Shown here one piece after another: positions 26,144-34,690 of a stretch of DNA of 64,000 nucleotides. The notes under the pieces were generated by a model, which saw only the letters and a program-made list of their open reading frames with translations, made no database searches and had not been told where the DNA came from. The stretch lies in assembly GCA_963776185.1 (NCBI GenBank), contig CAVZLM010000003.1, positions 198,105 to 262,104 of the forward strand, written 5' to 3'. The number at the start of each line of letters is the position of its first letter. Position 1 is the first letter of the stretch. The DNA is from an uncultured Solirubrobacterales bacterium. GTDB lineage: Bacteria > Actinomycetota > Thermoleophilia > Solirubrobacterales > Solirubrobacteraceae. The position numbers were made by a program, and so were the translations under genes.

Positions 26144-27667
26144 CTAGCTCTCCTGCATCCAGGTGCGCAGCTGCTGTGCGACCTGATCGGGATCGCTGTC
26201 CGCGAGCTGCTCGACCTGCCGGCGCAGCGGACCGCCGCTGCCATTGGCGTTGCCGGCAGCGGGCGCGGCGCTCGACATCGGGGGGGCCGGCCGCGGCGTT
26301 GTCTCGCGTTCCAGCTCGGCGAGTCGCATCGGAGTCTCGAGCTCACGCAGCCAGATCGGCTCCTCGATCGCTCCCCCTTCGTGCTTGCGCAGGGAACGGG
26401 TGGTGAAGAACAGAAACACCATCGCGGCGACACCGAGCAGCGCGTACTTGGCATAGCCGAGCGGGCTGGCGGCCGCGGTGGTGGCGGCGGCGGGCTTGGC
26501 GAACGCGATCTGGGCGACCGAGATGGTGTCTCCGCGTTTGGTCTGGATACCGGCCGCGTTGGTGATCGCTTCCTTGATCGCCGGCAGCGAGGCGGCGGGA
26601 ACCGAGTGGTCGAGCAGCACCGAAACGTGTTGGCTTTCGACCGCTCCGGGCGCAACCGTCTGGTGGGTCACGGTCTTTGAGACGCCGAGCGAGGTGTTCG
26701 ACGTTTCATGCTTGTAGTTCGACTTGCCGCCGACGGCTCCGGCGGCGGCGGTGAGGTTCGCGGTGCCGGTCGCGCCGCCCGTGCCGGTGCCTGTGCCCGC
26801 GAGCGTCTCGGTGCTCTTTTCCTGCGTCAGGGGGACGCCGGCCTTGCTGTATTCGAGCGCTTCCTTGGTCGTCTGATCGACGTTCATGTTGGCGTACACG
26901 AGCACCTGCGCCTTGCCCGGGCCGAGGATCTGGGTGAGTGTCGCGTCGAGTGTTGCCTGCATGTTCTGGTCATATCGCTGCTCGGCTTCCTGCAGGTTCG
27001 TGCCCGAGCCGCCCGCGCCGCCACCGGCGGCAGGCCACAAGAGTTCACCCGAGGCGTCGGTGATCGTCACTTTGCTCAGCTCCAGACCGGGGACGCTGGA
27101 GGACACCAGTTGAGCGATCCCCTTGACCGATCCGGCGGCCAGGGATGTCGTCCCGCTCAGCAGCACCGCGGCCGAGGAGACCCCCTGGCTTTCGCCGAAC
27201 ACCTGGTTCTGGGAGCTCGGCAGCACGAGCTCGACCTGTGCCCCTGAGACGCCCTGGACCGAGTCGATGGTCTGTTCGAGCTGGCCCTGCAGGGCGCGCT
27301 GATAGGTGACCTGCTGCTGGAACGTGCTTTCGCCCAGTTTGCTTTTTTCGAAGAGTTTGAGGCCTTCTTCGGTGCCGTCGAGCTCGTTGGCACCGGCCAG
27401 CGCCACCCGCGCGGCGGAGCTTTGGTTGGACTGGACGGCAAGCGCCGTGCCGTTGTTCTGCAGCTCGTAGCCGATGCCCTTCTCGCTGAGGGTGCTCGTC
27501 ATCTTCCCCGTCTGCGAGGGGTCCAGGCCGCTGACGAGCGTGGAGTAGCTCGGCTGGGAGACCATGTGCAGGAACAGGTAGAAGAAGACGATCGCGGCGG
27601 CGGCCGCGCCACCGGCGATCAGCCATGCGCGGGGGGTCAGACGGGATGCGAGCTGGGCGATGGGCAT
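26144..27667 (-). CDS. fliF: Flagellar MS-ring protein FliF
   Basis: 507 aa. An N-terminal TM helix is followed by SQPSYSTLVSGLDPSQTGKMTSTLSEKGIGYEL. A second TM helix lies near the C-terminus (YALLGVAAMVFLFF). Confidence 0.95.
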   Translation of the reverse strand: MPIAQLASRLTPRAWLIAGGAAAAAIVFFYLFLHMVSQPSYSTLVSGLDPSQTGKMTSTLSEKGIGYELQNNGTALAVQSNQSSAARVALAGANELDGTEEGLKLFEKSKLGESTFQQQVTYQRALQGQLEQTIDSVQGVSGAQVELVLPSSQNQVFGESQGVSSAAVLLSGTTSLAAGSVKGIAQLVSSSVPGLELSKVTITDASGELLWPAAGGGAGGSGTNLQEAEQRYDQNMQATLDATLTQILGPGKAQVLVYANMNVDQTTKEALEYSKAGVPLTQEKSTETLAGTGTGTGGATGTANLTAAAGAVGGKSNYKHETSNTSLGVSKTVTHQTVAPGAVESQHVSVLLDHSVPAASLPAIKEAITNAAGIQTKRGDTISVAQIAFAKPAAATTAAASPLGYAKYALLGVAAMVFLFFTTRSLRKHEGGAIEEPIWLRELETPMRLAELERETTPRPAPPMSSAAPAAGNANGSGGPLRRQVEQLADSDPDQVAQQLRTWMQES

Positions 27668-27670
27668 CGA

Positions 27671-28039
27671 TCAGACCTGGGTGCTGAAGATGTTCTGGGC
27701 CGCTTCTGTCGCCTTCGTGCGGATCTCCGAAGCGAGGTCCATCGCCATCTGGGCATCCTCGACCGTAACCACCGCGCTCTCCGGGTCCTTCGCCGTCCCC
27801 ATGGCAAGTGATTGCGAGGCCGCATCGGCGCTTGTCTGTGTGCTCTCGAGCGAGGAGATCGCGCCGGACAGCGCGCTGCTGAAGTTCGAGGATTCGCCTC
27901 CGGTGAGCCCTTCTGAGCCGCCGGTCGAGCCCTGCGGCAACGCTTCGGCGCCGGTGAGAGATTCCGCTCCCTTGGCGAGGCCGTGAGATCCTCCGAGTGA
28001 GAGTTCGCTGGCCAGGCCACCGATCGCGGGGATGATCAT
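27671..28039 (-). CDS. fliE: Flagellar hook-basal body complex protein FliE
   Basis: The C-terminus reads AVVTVEDAQMAMDLASEIRTKATEAAQNIFSTQV. It lies between flgC and fliF. Confidence 0.85.
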   Translation of the reverse strand: MIIPAIGGLASELSLGGSHGLAKGAESLTGAEALPQGSTGGSEGLTGGESSNFSSALSGAISSLESTQTSADAASQSLAMGTAKDPESAVVTVEDAQMAMDLASEIRTKATEAAQNIFSTQV

Positions 28040-28485
28040 TTCAATACTCCGAGCGTCGAAGTGAACATCGCCTTGGCGGTCTGCATCGCGGTCACATCGG
28101 ACTGGTAGGACTGCTGCTCGGAGATCAGATCGGTCATTTCGGTGACCGTGCTGACGTTCGGCATCTTGACGTAGCCCTGAGCGTCGGCTTCCGGGTTACT
28201 CGGGTCATAGACCTGCTGGTCGGGAGTGTTGTCGGCGACGATCCCGGTGACCTGGACGCCAGCGGCGGGCGCCCCGGCTTCGGATTGCTGGATCGCGCCC
28301 GACAACGCTCCTGAGAAGCTGCCGGAGCCGACCTGGGAGAGCTCCACCTCCTGGCGCTGATATGGCTGGCCGTTCGCCGCTTTGGTCGTGTCGGCGTTGG
28401 CGAGGTTCTCAGCCGTCACATCCATTCGGATGCGCTCGGCGGTCAACCCCGTGCCGGCGATGCCGATCGCTTCGAAGAGCCCCAT
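28036..28485 (-). CDS. flgC: Flagellar proximal rod protein FlgC
   Basis: From ATG 28485: MGLFEAIGIAGTGLTAERIRMDVTAENLANADTT...YVKMPNVSTVTEMTDLISEQQSYQSDV. There is a 1-nt overlap with the flgB stop (TGATG). Confidence 0.95.
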   Translation of the reverse strand: MGLFEAIGIAGTGLTAERIRMDVTAENLANADTTKAANGQPYQRQEVELSQVGSGSFSGALSGAIQQSEAGAPAAGVQVTGIVADNTPDQQVYDPSNPEADAQGYVKMPNVSTVTEMTDLISEQQSYQSDVTAMQTAKAMFTSTLGVLK

Positions 28486-28835
28486 CAGGCGATGCCGATA
28501 GCGGCGCTCATGATGCTGTTGCGGGCGCTGAGCACTTGCGTGAGAGCTTGATAGTCCAGGCCGTTTTCGGCGAGCTTCGCGGATTCCTGATCGACGCTTA
28601 CGCCGGCTCCGTTCGGGCCTGCTTCCGGCGAGAGCGTTTCGTTCTGGAATTCGACCTGGCTCGGCGGCTGACCACCGGTCATGGCCTTCGCCAGCGTCGA
28701 CTCGAAGTTGACTTCCTGGGGTTTGTAGCCCGGCGTATCGGCGTTGGCGATGTTGTTCGTCAGTGCGGTCTGGCGCTGCCAGGAGCCGCGCATGGCGGCC
28801 TCCAGCAATTGCTGAGTCGGGTCCACGAGAGACAT
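28485..28835 (-). CDS. flgB: Flagellar proximal rod protein FlgB
   Basis: It has RQTALTNNIANADTPGYKPQEVNFE...DQESAKLAENGLDYQALTQVL. Confidence 0.9.
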   Translation of the reverse strand: MSLVDPTQQLLEAAMRGSWQRQTALTNNIANADTPGYKPQEVNFESTLAKAMTGGQPPSQVEFQNETLSPEAGPNGAGVSVDQESAKLAENGLDYQALTQVLSARNSIMSAAIGIA

Positions 28836-28924
28836 GGTGAAGAGACTTGCCTTTCCGCCCTCCCTGGGCTGAACCGACGCTCTCCATGAGGTCGTTTGCT
28901 GATGATCATCGAGGGGTGTTCAGG

Positions 28925-28951
28925 TGATCGGCCGCGCGCCGCAGACCTTTA
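28925..28951 (-). promoter_or_regulatory. Sigma-28-type promoter upstream of the flgB operon
   Basis: Minus strand reads TAAAGGTC-N11-GCCGATCA, about 90 nt upstream of ATG 28835. Confidence 0.6.
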
Positions 28952-29211
28952 GAGATCCGTCCAGAAGAAATCAGAATAAGTCGAAGCAGCTGAGGAAGCT
29001 CGCGCTTGGCAGACGGAAACAGTGACCTCGTTTCGATGAGGAGATCAGAATCTCTTGTGCGTCATTTTCTGCGATCGCCATCGTCGTGGGCACATCGATG
29101 ACAATGGCTGACACCTGCGCCGGATCACATGTTCTGTTACGCCCAAGCTGCCGATGGATCAGCGCAGCCACGATCCCAATCACTCCTGATCTCGCGAGTT
29201 TGCCAAACCGG

Positions 29212-29565
29212 CTACGCGGTGCGATCCAAGCGGGTGCGGCGAGGCAGCTGGCTGCCGTAGCCGTCCGCGGCGCGTCTGACGTGTGTGGTGGAGGAGATTT
29301 CAGCCAGCAGGCTCTCGCGCAGGCGGATCAGCTCGATGTGGGTGCGCTCGTGTATGAGGCGCGCCTGTGCGAGCAGCTTGGCCGCCCGGGCAGGCGGACG
29401 CGTGGGCAGACGACGCGTCAGGTCCTCCCAGCGAGCCGCTAGCTCGAGGAGGCGATCGATCTCTCCCCGCCCAGCGAGCTCCAGTTCCAGCTCGGCGTGC
29501 TCGTGAATCGCCTCGTAGGGACGCAGCGAGGCATCGACCTCGGCAGCGAGCGTCGCGTCGCTCAC
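29212..29565 (-). CDS. Helical protein downstream of fliS (FliT-like export chaperone candidate)
   Basis: 117 aa, with a 4-nt overlap with fliS. It is all-helical (EIDRLLELAARWEDLTRRL...LIHERTHIELIRLRESLLAEI). The FliT call rests on position and size only, not on a clear motif. Confidence 0.4.
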   Translation of the reverse strand: MSDATLAAEVDASLRPYEAIHEHAELELELAGRGEIDRLLELAARWEDLTRRLPTRPPARAAKLLAQARLIHERTHIELIRLRESLLAEISSTTHVRRAADGYGSQLPRRTRLDRTA

Positions 29566-29939
29566 TCGCCGGCGACCTCGGCCGCGACTTGGGCCCAGGC
29601 CTCGCGCAGCTCCCCGAGCAGATCGCTGACCTCCTCGAGCTTCGCCGCGTCCTGGTTCAGGCGCGCGCTGTTCAGGTGAGCCAGACAGAACTGATAGATC
29701 GAGTGCAGGCGCTCTGGCAGCTGCCCCTGATCGAAGTCGAGCGTTCCGTCGAGGTGCGCGATGATCAGCTCGCTGCGGCGCAGCGTGTTGTGCGCCCGCT
29801 CGACCTCTCCCGCACGCATCGCGATCGAGGCCTGACGCAGGAATCGCCGCGCACCGTCGTAGAGCATCACCACTAGTTGCCCTGGGGTCGCCGCGAGTAC
29901 AGCGCCCTGACGGTATGCGTCTGGTGTGGCGATACTCAT
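29562..29939 (-). CDS. fliS: Flagellin-specific chaperone FliS
   Basis: YRQGAVLAATPGQLVVMLYDGARRFLRQA...RSELIIAHLDGTLDFDQG.LPERLHSIYQFCLAHL is present. Confidence 0.92.
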   Translation of the reverse strand: MSIATPDAYRQGAVLAATPGQLVVMLYDGARRFLRQASIAMRAGEVERAHNTLRRSELIIAHLDGTLDFDQGQLPERLHSIYQFCLAHLNSARLNQDAAKLEEVSDLLGELREAWAQVAAEVAGE

Positions 29940-29950
29940 TGCATATTCAG

Positions 29951-29977
29951 TGATCGGCGCGATTGAGTCAAAGTTGA
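29951..29977 (-). promoter_or_regulatory. Sigma-28-type promoter candidate upstream of fliS
   Basis: Minus strand reads TCAACTTT-N11-GCCGATCA. The -10 box ends 11 nt before ATG 29939. Confidence 0.55.
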
Positions 29978-29990
29978 GAGTTGCGGTCGC

Positions 29991-31400
29991 CTAGATGCCT
30001 GAGGACTGGAGTTGCTTTTCCTGGCTTGTCAGGTAGTTGCCCTGCGCGGTGTTCTGCGAGATCACGCTTTCCAGCTTGGCGTATGTCTCCTGCAGCGCTT
30101 TTTCGCGCTGGGCGAGTACTTCGTTCATGCTGGCGATCTGTTCGGTGAGTTCAGTGACCTGGCTGGCGTCACCGGTGATTCTCGCTTCGATCGTGCCGCT
30201 GACCGGTTCGGCGACCCCGTTCAGGATGCCCTGGAGACTCTGCGACCAGCTCTGGAGCATCGTCTCGACGCCCGCTGGGTTGCTCTTGACGGCTTCGGAG
30301 AGCTTCGCGGTGTTGAGCGTGAGCTGGCCTTCGAGGGTCGATACCGAGGTGACTCCGCCGCCCGACGGCGCTCCCGTGCTGATGCCCACGTCCGCCGGGC
30401 TCGACATTCCCGCTTCGAGTCCCGCGATCGGTTCGTACATCGCCTCGCGGGTCTTGTCGAGCAGGCTGGTGAGTTCGAAGTCCCCGAACAGGCTGCCGGT
30501 GCCGAGTTCGCTCGTGTTCTGCGGTTTTTCGACGGGCTTGGTGTTGAGCTGGGTCTGGATCGAGGAGATCGTCGAGTTGTAGAGCTTCACGAACGACTGC
30601 ACCTGCGCTTCGATGCTGCTCACGCTCGGCCCCGGCGGCTGGACATCGATCGTTACCGGGCCAGCCGTGGTGGTCAGCCCGGTGAAGGTCAGGGTGACGC
30701 CTGCGATCGCGTCGGTGACGATATTGGACGCCGATTTACCGGCGACGCCGTCCACCGTGTATTCGGCGTCCTTGCCTTCTTTTGCGCTTTCCGCTACTTC
30801 GGTCAGCGTCCCGCCGGCGTCGGCCACTTTGATGAATTCCGTTCCAGTGTTGCCAGTCGCGCGGTCCGAGAGCACGATCGTCCCGCTTTCCAAGACGGCG
30901 GCGTAGACGGTGCCTTTGCTGTCGGAGTTGATGGCATTGGCCAGTTCCTTCGCGCTGCCGCCGGCCTTGACGGTGTATTCGTTGCCGTCGATCGTGAGTT
31001 TGTCTTCGGCGGTCGGGCTGGTGAACGTGAACGAGCGCTGAGCGGAGTTGGCGAGCTGGGTGACTTCCACCTCGTGGCCGCCGATGGCCGCCCCGGAGCT
31101 CGTCGCCGCGCTGACCCGTGTCGGTTCGCTCGAGGTCGCCGTCTGAGATGTTTCAAACAGCGACGGCAGGGTGAATTCGGAGGCCTCGAGCGCCAGTTGC
31201 TGGAGACTGCCCTGGATCGTCTTGAGGGTGGTCTGCTGCGCCTGCAGCTTGGTCTGCTCGTCGGTCAGGTGTGTGACGGGCAGACGTTCAACGCCCATCA
31301 GCGCCGAGATGATCGAGCTCGTGTTCAGCCCGGAGGCGAGCCCCGAGATCGTGATCGGAGAGCCGGCCGAGCCGCCGACAGTGAGCCCAGAGCTGGACAT
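29991..31400 (-). CDS. fliD: Flagellar filament cap protein FliD
   Basis: The N-terminus is ITISGLASGLNTSSIISALMGVERLPVTHLTDEQTKLQAQQTTLKTIQ. The C-terminal coiled coil is ...REKALQETYAKLESVISQ. Confidence 0.92.
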   Translation of the reverse strand: MSSSGLTVGGSAGSPITISGLASGLNTSSIISALMGVERLPVTHLTDEQTKLQAQQTTLKTIQGSLQQLALEASEFTLPSLFETSQTATSSEPTRVSAATSSGAAIGGHEVEVTQLANSAQRSFTFTSPTAEDKLTIDGNEYTVKAGGSAKELANAINSDSKGTVYAAVLESGTIVLSDRATGNTGTEFIKVADAGGTLTEVAESAKEGKDAEYTVDGVAGKSASNIVTDAIAGVTLTFTGLTTTAGPVTIDVQPPGPSVSSIEAQVQSFVKLYNSTISSIQTQLNTKPVEKPQNTSELGTGSLFGDFELTSLLDKTREAMYEPIAGLEAGMSSPADVGISTGAPSGGGVTSVSTLEGQLTLNTAKLSEAVKSNPAGVETMLQSWSQSLQGILNGVAEPVSGTIEARITGDASQVTELTEQIASMNEVLAQREKALQETYAKLESVISQNTAQGNYLTSQEKQLQSSGI

Positions 31401-31409
31401 CTGACTTCT

Positions 31410-31754
31410 CTACCTCACAGGCTTTCCGGCTGCGACATCCAGCACCTCGGCGATCGACATGGTTCTCACGGTGTTTCCACTGCGATCCTGCAGCTCGGCC
31501 GCGACCTCGCCGCCCTCCCGCGTGGAGAAGCGCACTTCATGTCCACTTTCGAGAAGCTGCTCGTGGATCCTGCCTGCGGCCTGCATCTGATCGAGAACCT
31601 CGGCTGGCGGCCCACCGCGAGCAGCCTCGATCCTCAGATTACTGGCGATCAGCTCAGAGACGAACGTCGTCTCATCGTTTGCGGCGGTCCGTACGCTGGA
31701 CGTCGGAGTTGCTGGACCCGGAGGTCCCTTTATGGGTGTGATCGGCGAGCTCAT
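31410..31754 (-). CDS. flaG: FlaG-family flagellar protein
   Basis: HEVRFSTREGGEVAAELQDRSGNTVRTMSIAEVLDV resembles the FlaG C-terminal core. The start is placed at ATG 31754, preceded by AGGGAG, rather than ATG 31778. Confidence 0.65.
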   Translation of the reverse strand: MSSPITPIKGPPGPATPTSSVRTAANDETTFVSELIASNLRIEAARGGPPAEVLDQMQAAGRIHEQLLESGHEVRFSTREGGEVAAELQDRSGNTVRTMSIAEVLDVAAGKPVR

Positions 31755-31828
31755 ATTGCGTTTTCTCCCTGAAAACATGTGACGCGGTCCAGTCCCTGGG
31801 CCGCCTCGCGCTTTTGTCTTACTCGGAG

Positions 31829-31855
31829 TGATCGACGCTCTTGGCGGAAACTTTA
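31829..31855 (-). promoter_or_regulatory. Sigma-28-type promoter of flaG-fliD-fliS
   Basis: Minus strand reads TAAAGTTT-N11-GTCGATCA. The -35 is a perfect consensus, set in an AT-rich patch. Confidence 0.6.
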
Positions 31856-32015
31856 TTTATAAACCGCAATATCGTCGGTTCCAATCCGCTGCCGCCGCGA
31901 ATCGGCCGGCTCGAGCGGTGCGATGGCTCAGGTGCAAGCAAAGTTTCACTACCCGGTCAGCCGCGAACCATTCCTCACCGCAGCCAGACGCGTGGGTCCG
32001 CGTGCCCGCCAGACG

Positions 32016-34445
32016 CTACGCCGCCTGAGAGCGCGCGAGCAGGCTTGCCGCAGGCTCGTTGTCGGGATCGATCGACAGAACCGCGGCCGCGAAATCGCTC
32101 GCCTCCCGGGTCATTCCCCTGACGGCGGCGACGCGCGCCAGACCCAGCAGCGCGCGGCTGTCGGGCTGCTGCTCGCAGACGGCCATCCATTCTTCGGCGG
32201 CGGAGGTCGCGAATCCGCGCCGCAGGTACATCTCGGCGAGCATCTCGCGCCGCTCGCGCGCTGGCAGAGGCGTGTGCTCCAAGAGGCCCAGGAGCACCTC
32301 GAAGACCTCGAAGTCCTGGACTCGCAGCAGCGCCTCGAGCATGACCGCGAGCAGCGGCACCGACTGCCCGGACAGCGTGGTCGCGGATTGCCCACCGAAG
32401 ACGAGCCGATGCCAGGCAACGAACAGGTCGAGCTCCTCGGCGGGCATTCCGGCGACACGGGCCCGATCGAGCGCGGCCGTCGCCGAAACCGCGTCGGCCC
32501 CGGCGATGTCTGCGAACAACTCGGTCCTGCAGGCCATGACGGCAAGCGGATCGTCGCTCGAGAGCTCGCCCGCGACCTCTGCCGCCTCGCTGTAGCGGCG
32601 CTGGGCCAGCAGCGCCTCACCAAGTGCGACGCGCGCCCGGCTGGAGCGCGGCTGGCGCTCCAGCACGGCCCGGAACTGGGCCTCGCCCGCGGCTGTCGCG
32701 CCGGCCTCATACAGGGCGGTGCCGAGCATGAAGCGAGCGGCGGGCGAGGGATTCGGCGTGTGCCTCTCGAGCTCCACGACCACCTCGGCGGGGTCGACTC
32801 CGTTCCCGAGCAGCGCGGTCGCGTATGGAAGCACCGAGCCGACGAACTGGGGATGCTCGCGCAGGCAGCTCTCGATCAACTCGATCGCCTGCTCGATTTC
32901 CCCGCGGGCTTCTCTGAGCTCCGCCAGGCAGATCCGCGGCAGGTAGGTGCCGCCGCCGACGATCGCGGTATAGCGACGCGGCGCGTCGCCCATCTGCAGG
33001 CAACGCTCCAGCAGCTCGATCGCACGGTCGCCATCTCCGAGCGCGATCACGGCAAACGCCTGCTCGAGAACCAGATCGGTGAACTGCGGAAACCGCTCGA
33101 GTCCCTCCTGTGCTCGCGCGAATGCGTCCTGCGGCCGGCCGCAGGCGCGCAGTGCCTTCACCAGCCGGCTCATCAGCGCCGGCGCGAACTCGTAGCTATC
33201 GCCGTCTGGCAGGCTCTGCAGCAGCTTCCAGGAGCACTCGAACTCGGCGAGCGCCGCCGGCGGGTCGCCCGCGGCCGCGTACTCCGAGCCGAGGTTGTAG
33301 TGGAGAAACGGCGTGGGAGGACTTTCGGCCTGCTGCATCCGCAAGAGCTCGATGTTGCGACGCGACTTCTCCCGGCTGTCGCGCACGACCCCGAGATAGC
33401 CGTAGTGCTCGATGCGCACGCTGCTCGCCTCCAGGCGCTCCGGCAGATAGCCGGGCAGCCGGTTTGCGATCTGCTCGTGCAGGCGCCCCTCGAAGCGGTA
33501 CTCAGGGCGGTTGCGGAACATCCGCAGCGCGTTGTGCGTGACGGCGGTTCCGTCGTCCAGATCACCCGTATAGTTGGTCTCAGACAGGTAGAACGCCTCA
33601 CGCCAGGTGCGCCCCGTCAGCGATCGCAGGAGCTTCGCGTCCTCCGTCACGAGAACCTCGTCCGCGTCCAGATATATCAGCCAGTCGCCGCTCGCCGCCT
33701 CGAAGGAGACGTTGCGAGCCTCGGCAAAGGATCCCGTCCATTGGTGTGAGAGCACACGTGCGCCGAAGGACTCGGCGATCTGCACCGTGCGGTCGGTCGA
33801 GCCGGTATCGACGATCACCATCTCATCGACCGCGTCGGCGACGGCGGCCAGGCAACGCGGAAGCATCTCCTCCTCGTCGCGCACGATCATGCACAGGCTC
33901 AATCGCAGATCCTCGGCGGGCTGCGCGCGGGCGGCGATCTCCACACCGCGGCGCGCTAGATCGGGAAGCGTCGAATGCAGCGGGGCTCGCTGCCTGGAGC
34001 CGCGCGTCAGCCGCCGCCGGGCGGCCACCCCGCGCAGGTTGCGATCCACCTGCTCGAGCTGCGGATCCAGGCGCTTGGCCGCCTTGAACATCGCCTGAGC
34101 GGCGTCGAGGCTCCACAGCTCATACAGCGCGACGCCGGCATAGTTGAGCAGCTTCGGCTCAGCCGGCTCGCGCTCGAGCACTTCCAGCGCTCCGCCGGCG
34201 AGGGCCGCGAAAAGCTCTGGCAGCAGCGCTGGTTTCGTGCTGGCGGCCGCCGCGAGCCCCTGCTCCACCACACCGACGCTTGCCCAGTAGCGCCGGTGCG
34301 GATCCTCGATCAACTCGGTCCGCTCGAAACACTCGCGATAGGAGTCGATGTCCCCGAGCGCCAACAGCTGCTGCGCGCGGGGCGGCAGACCGATCGCCAA
34401 AACGGTGCGCTCGCTGGGCGCCGTGCTTGAGAAGCGTAGGGCCAT
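32016..34445 (-). CDS. Large TPR-flanked family-2 glycosyltransferase (candidate flagellin glycosyltransferase)
   Basis: 809 aa. The GT2 core at ~aa 175-290 reads LSLCMIVRDEEEMLPRCL...VIVDTGSTDRT...NVSFEAASGDWLIYLDADEVL. It is flanked by an N-terminal and a long C-terminal TPR-like helical repeat region. Confidence 0.85.
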   Translation of the reverse strand: MALRFSSTAPSERTVLAIGLPPRAQQLLALGDIDSYRECFERTELIEDPHRRYWASVGVVEQGLAAAASTKPALLPELFAALAGGALEVLEREPAEPKLLNYAGVALYELWSLDAAQAMFKAAKRLDPQLEQVDRNLRGVAARRRLTRGSRQRAPLHSTLPDLARRGVEIAARAQPAEDLRLSLCMIVRDEEEMLPRCLAAVADAVDEMVIVDTGSTDRTVQIAESFGARVLSHQWTGSFAEARNVSFEAASGDWLIYLDADEVLVTEDAKLLRSLTGRTWREAFYLSETNYTGDLDDGTAVTHNALRMFRNRPEYRFEGRLHEQIANRLPGYLPERLEASSVRIEHYGYLGVVRDSREKSRRNIELLRMQQAESPPTPFLHYNLGSEYAAAGDPPAALAEFECSWKLLQSLPDGDSYEFAPALMSRLVKALRACGRPQDAFARAQEGLERFPQFTDLVLEQAFAVIALGDGDRAIELLERCLQMGDAPRRYTAIVGGGTYLPRICLAELREARGEIEQAIELIESCLREHPQFVGSVLPYATALLGNGVDPAEVVVELERHTPNPSPAARFMLGTALYEAGATAAGEAQFRAVLERQPRSSRARVALGEALLAQRRYSEAAEVAGELSSDDPLAVMACRTELFADIAGADAVSATAALDRARVAGMPAEELDLFVAWHRLVFGGQSATTLSGQSVPLLAVMLEALLRVQDFEVFEVLLGLLEHTPLPARERREMLAEMYLRRGFATSAAEEWMAVCEQQPDSRALLGLARVAAVRGMTREASDFAAAVLSIDPDNEPAASLLARSQAA

Positions 34446-34457
34446 TTCCAGGCATGG

Positions 34458-34484
34458 TCATCGACCGCATCCGCCGATATCTGA
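34458..34484 (-). promoter_or_regulatory. Sigma-28-like motif upstream of the glycosyltransferase gene
   Basis: Minus strand reads TCAGATAT-N11-GTCGATGA. The -10 box ends 12 nt before ATG 34445. The -35 is weaker than at the other sites. Confidence 0.35.
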
Positions 34485-34690
34485 GCGACGCGGGAGATCT
34501 CTGTGGCGCGGGCGGCCGCGAGCCGATCCAGGTGCCCGGTGGCCGCTGGCGGCTCCAGCAAACGATTACGACCGACGCGGCCTATACGGTTCGCGCCTTA
34601 AACACTTGCAAATCACGAACTTCACCGCACCATCGCTTCACAGCAGGCGGGGTAGTCCCCTGTCAGTTCCCTCGAAATCGGAGCAGACAA

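Noticed and set aside
28486-28887. N-terminal extension of the flgC ORF (ORF-track 28036..28887)
   Set aside because: It overlaps flgB in another frame. FlgC begins with the conserved MGLFEAIGIAGTGL at ATG 28485.
28971-29183. 70-aa minus-strand ORF in the fliT-like/flgB spacer
   Set aside because: The GTG start is fused to its only SD-like sequence, the product is Cys-containing and odd, third-position GC is weak, and no family resemblance was found. It is kept only as part of the low-GC spacer observation.
30012-31772. 586-aa plus-strand ORF
   Set aside because: It is antisense to fliD and flaG, has no recognisable domain, and has an Arg/Gly-rich composition. It is a high-GC frame artefact.
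31923-33749. 608-aa plus-strand ORF
   Set aside because: It is antisense to the TPR-glycosyltransferase gene, whose own translation carries clear GT2 motifs. The antisense product is low-complexity.
34472-34479. Plus-strand GCCGATAT as a sigma-28 -10 box driving fliA
   Set aside because: The sequence 11 nt upstream (ATGGTCAT) has no resemblance to the T(A/C)AAG -35 element seen at all the other sites.
34280-34690. 137-codon N-terminal extension of the fliA ORF
   Set aside because: The extension overlaps the divergent glycosyltransferase start and promoter region and is Arg/Pro-rich. ATG 34691 has a GGAG at proper spacing and yields a normal-length sigma-28.
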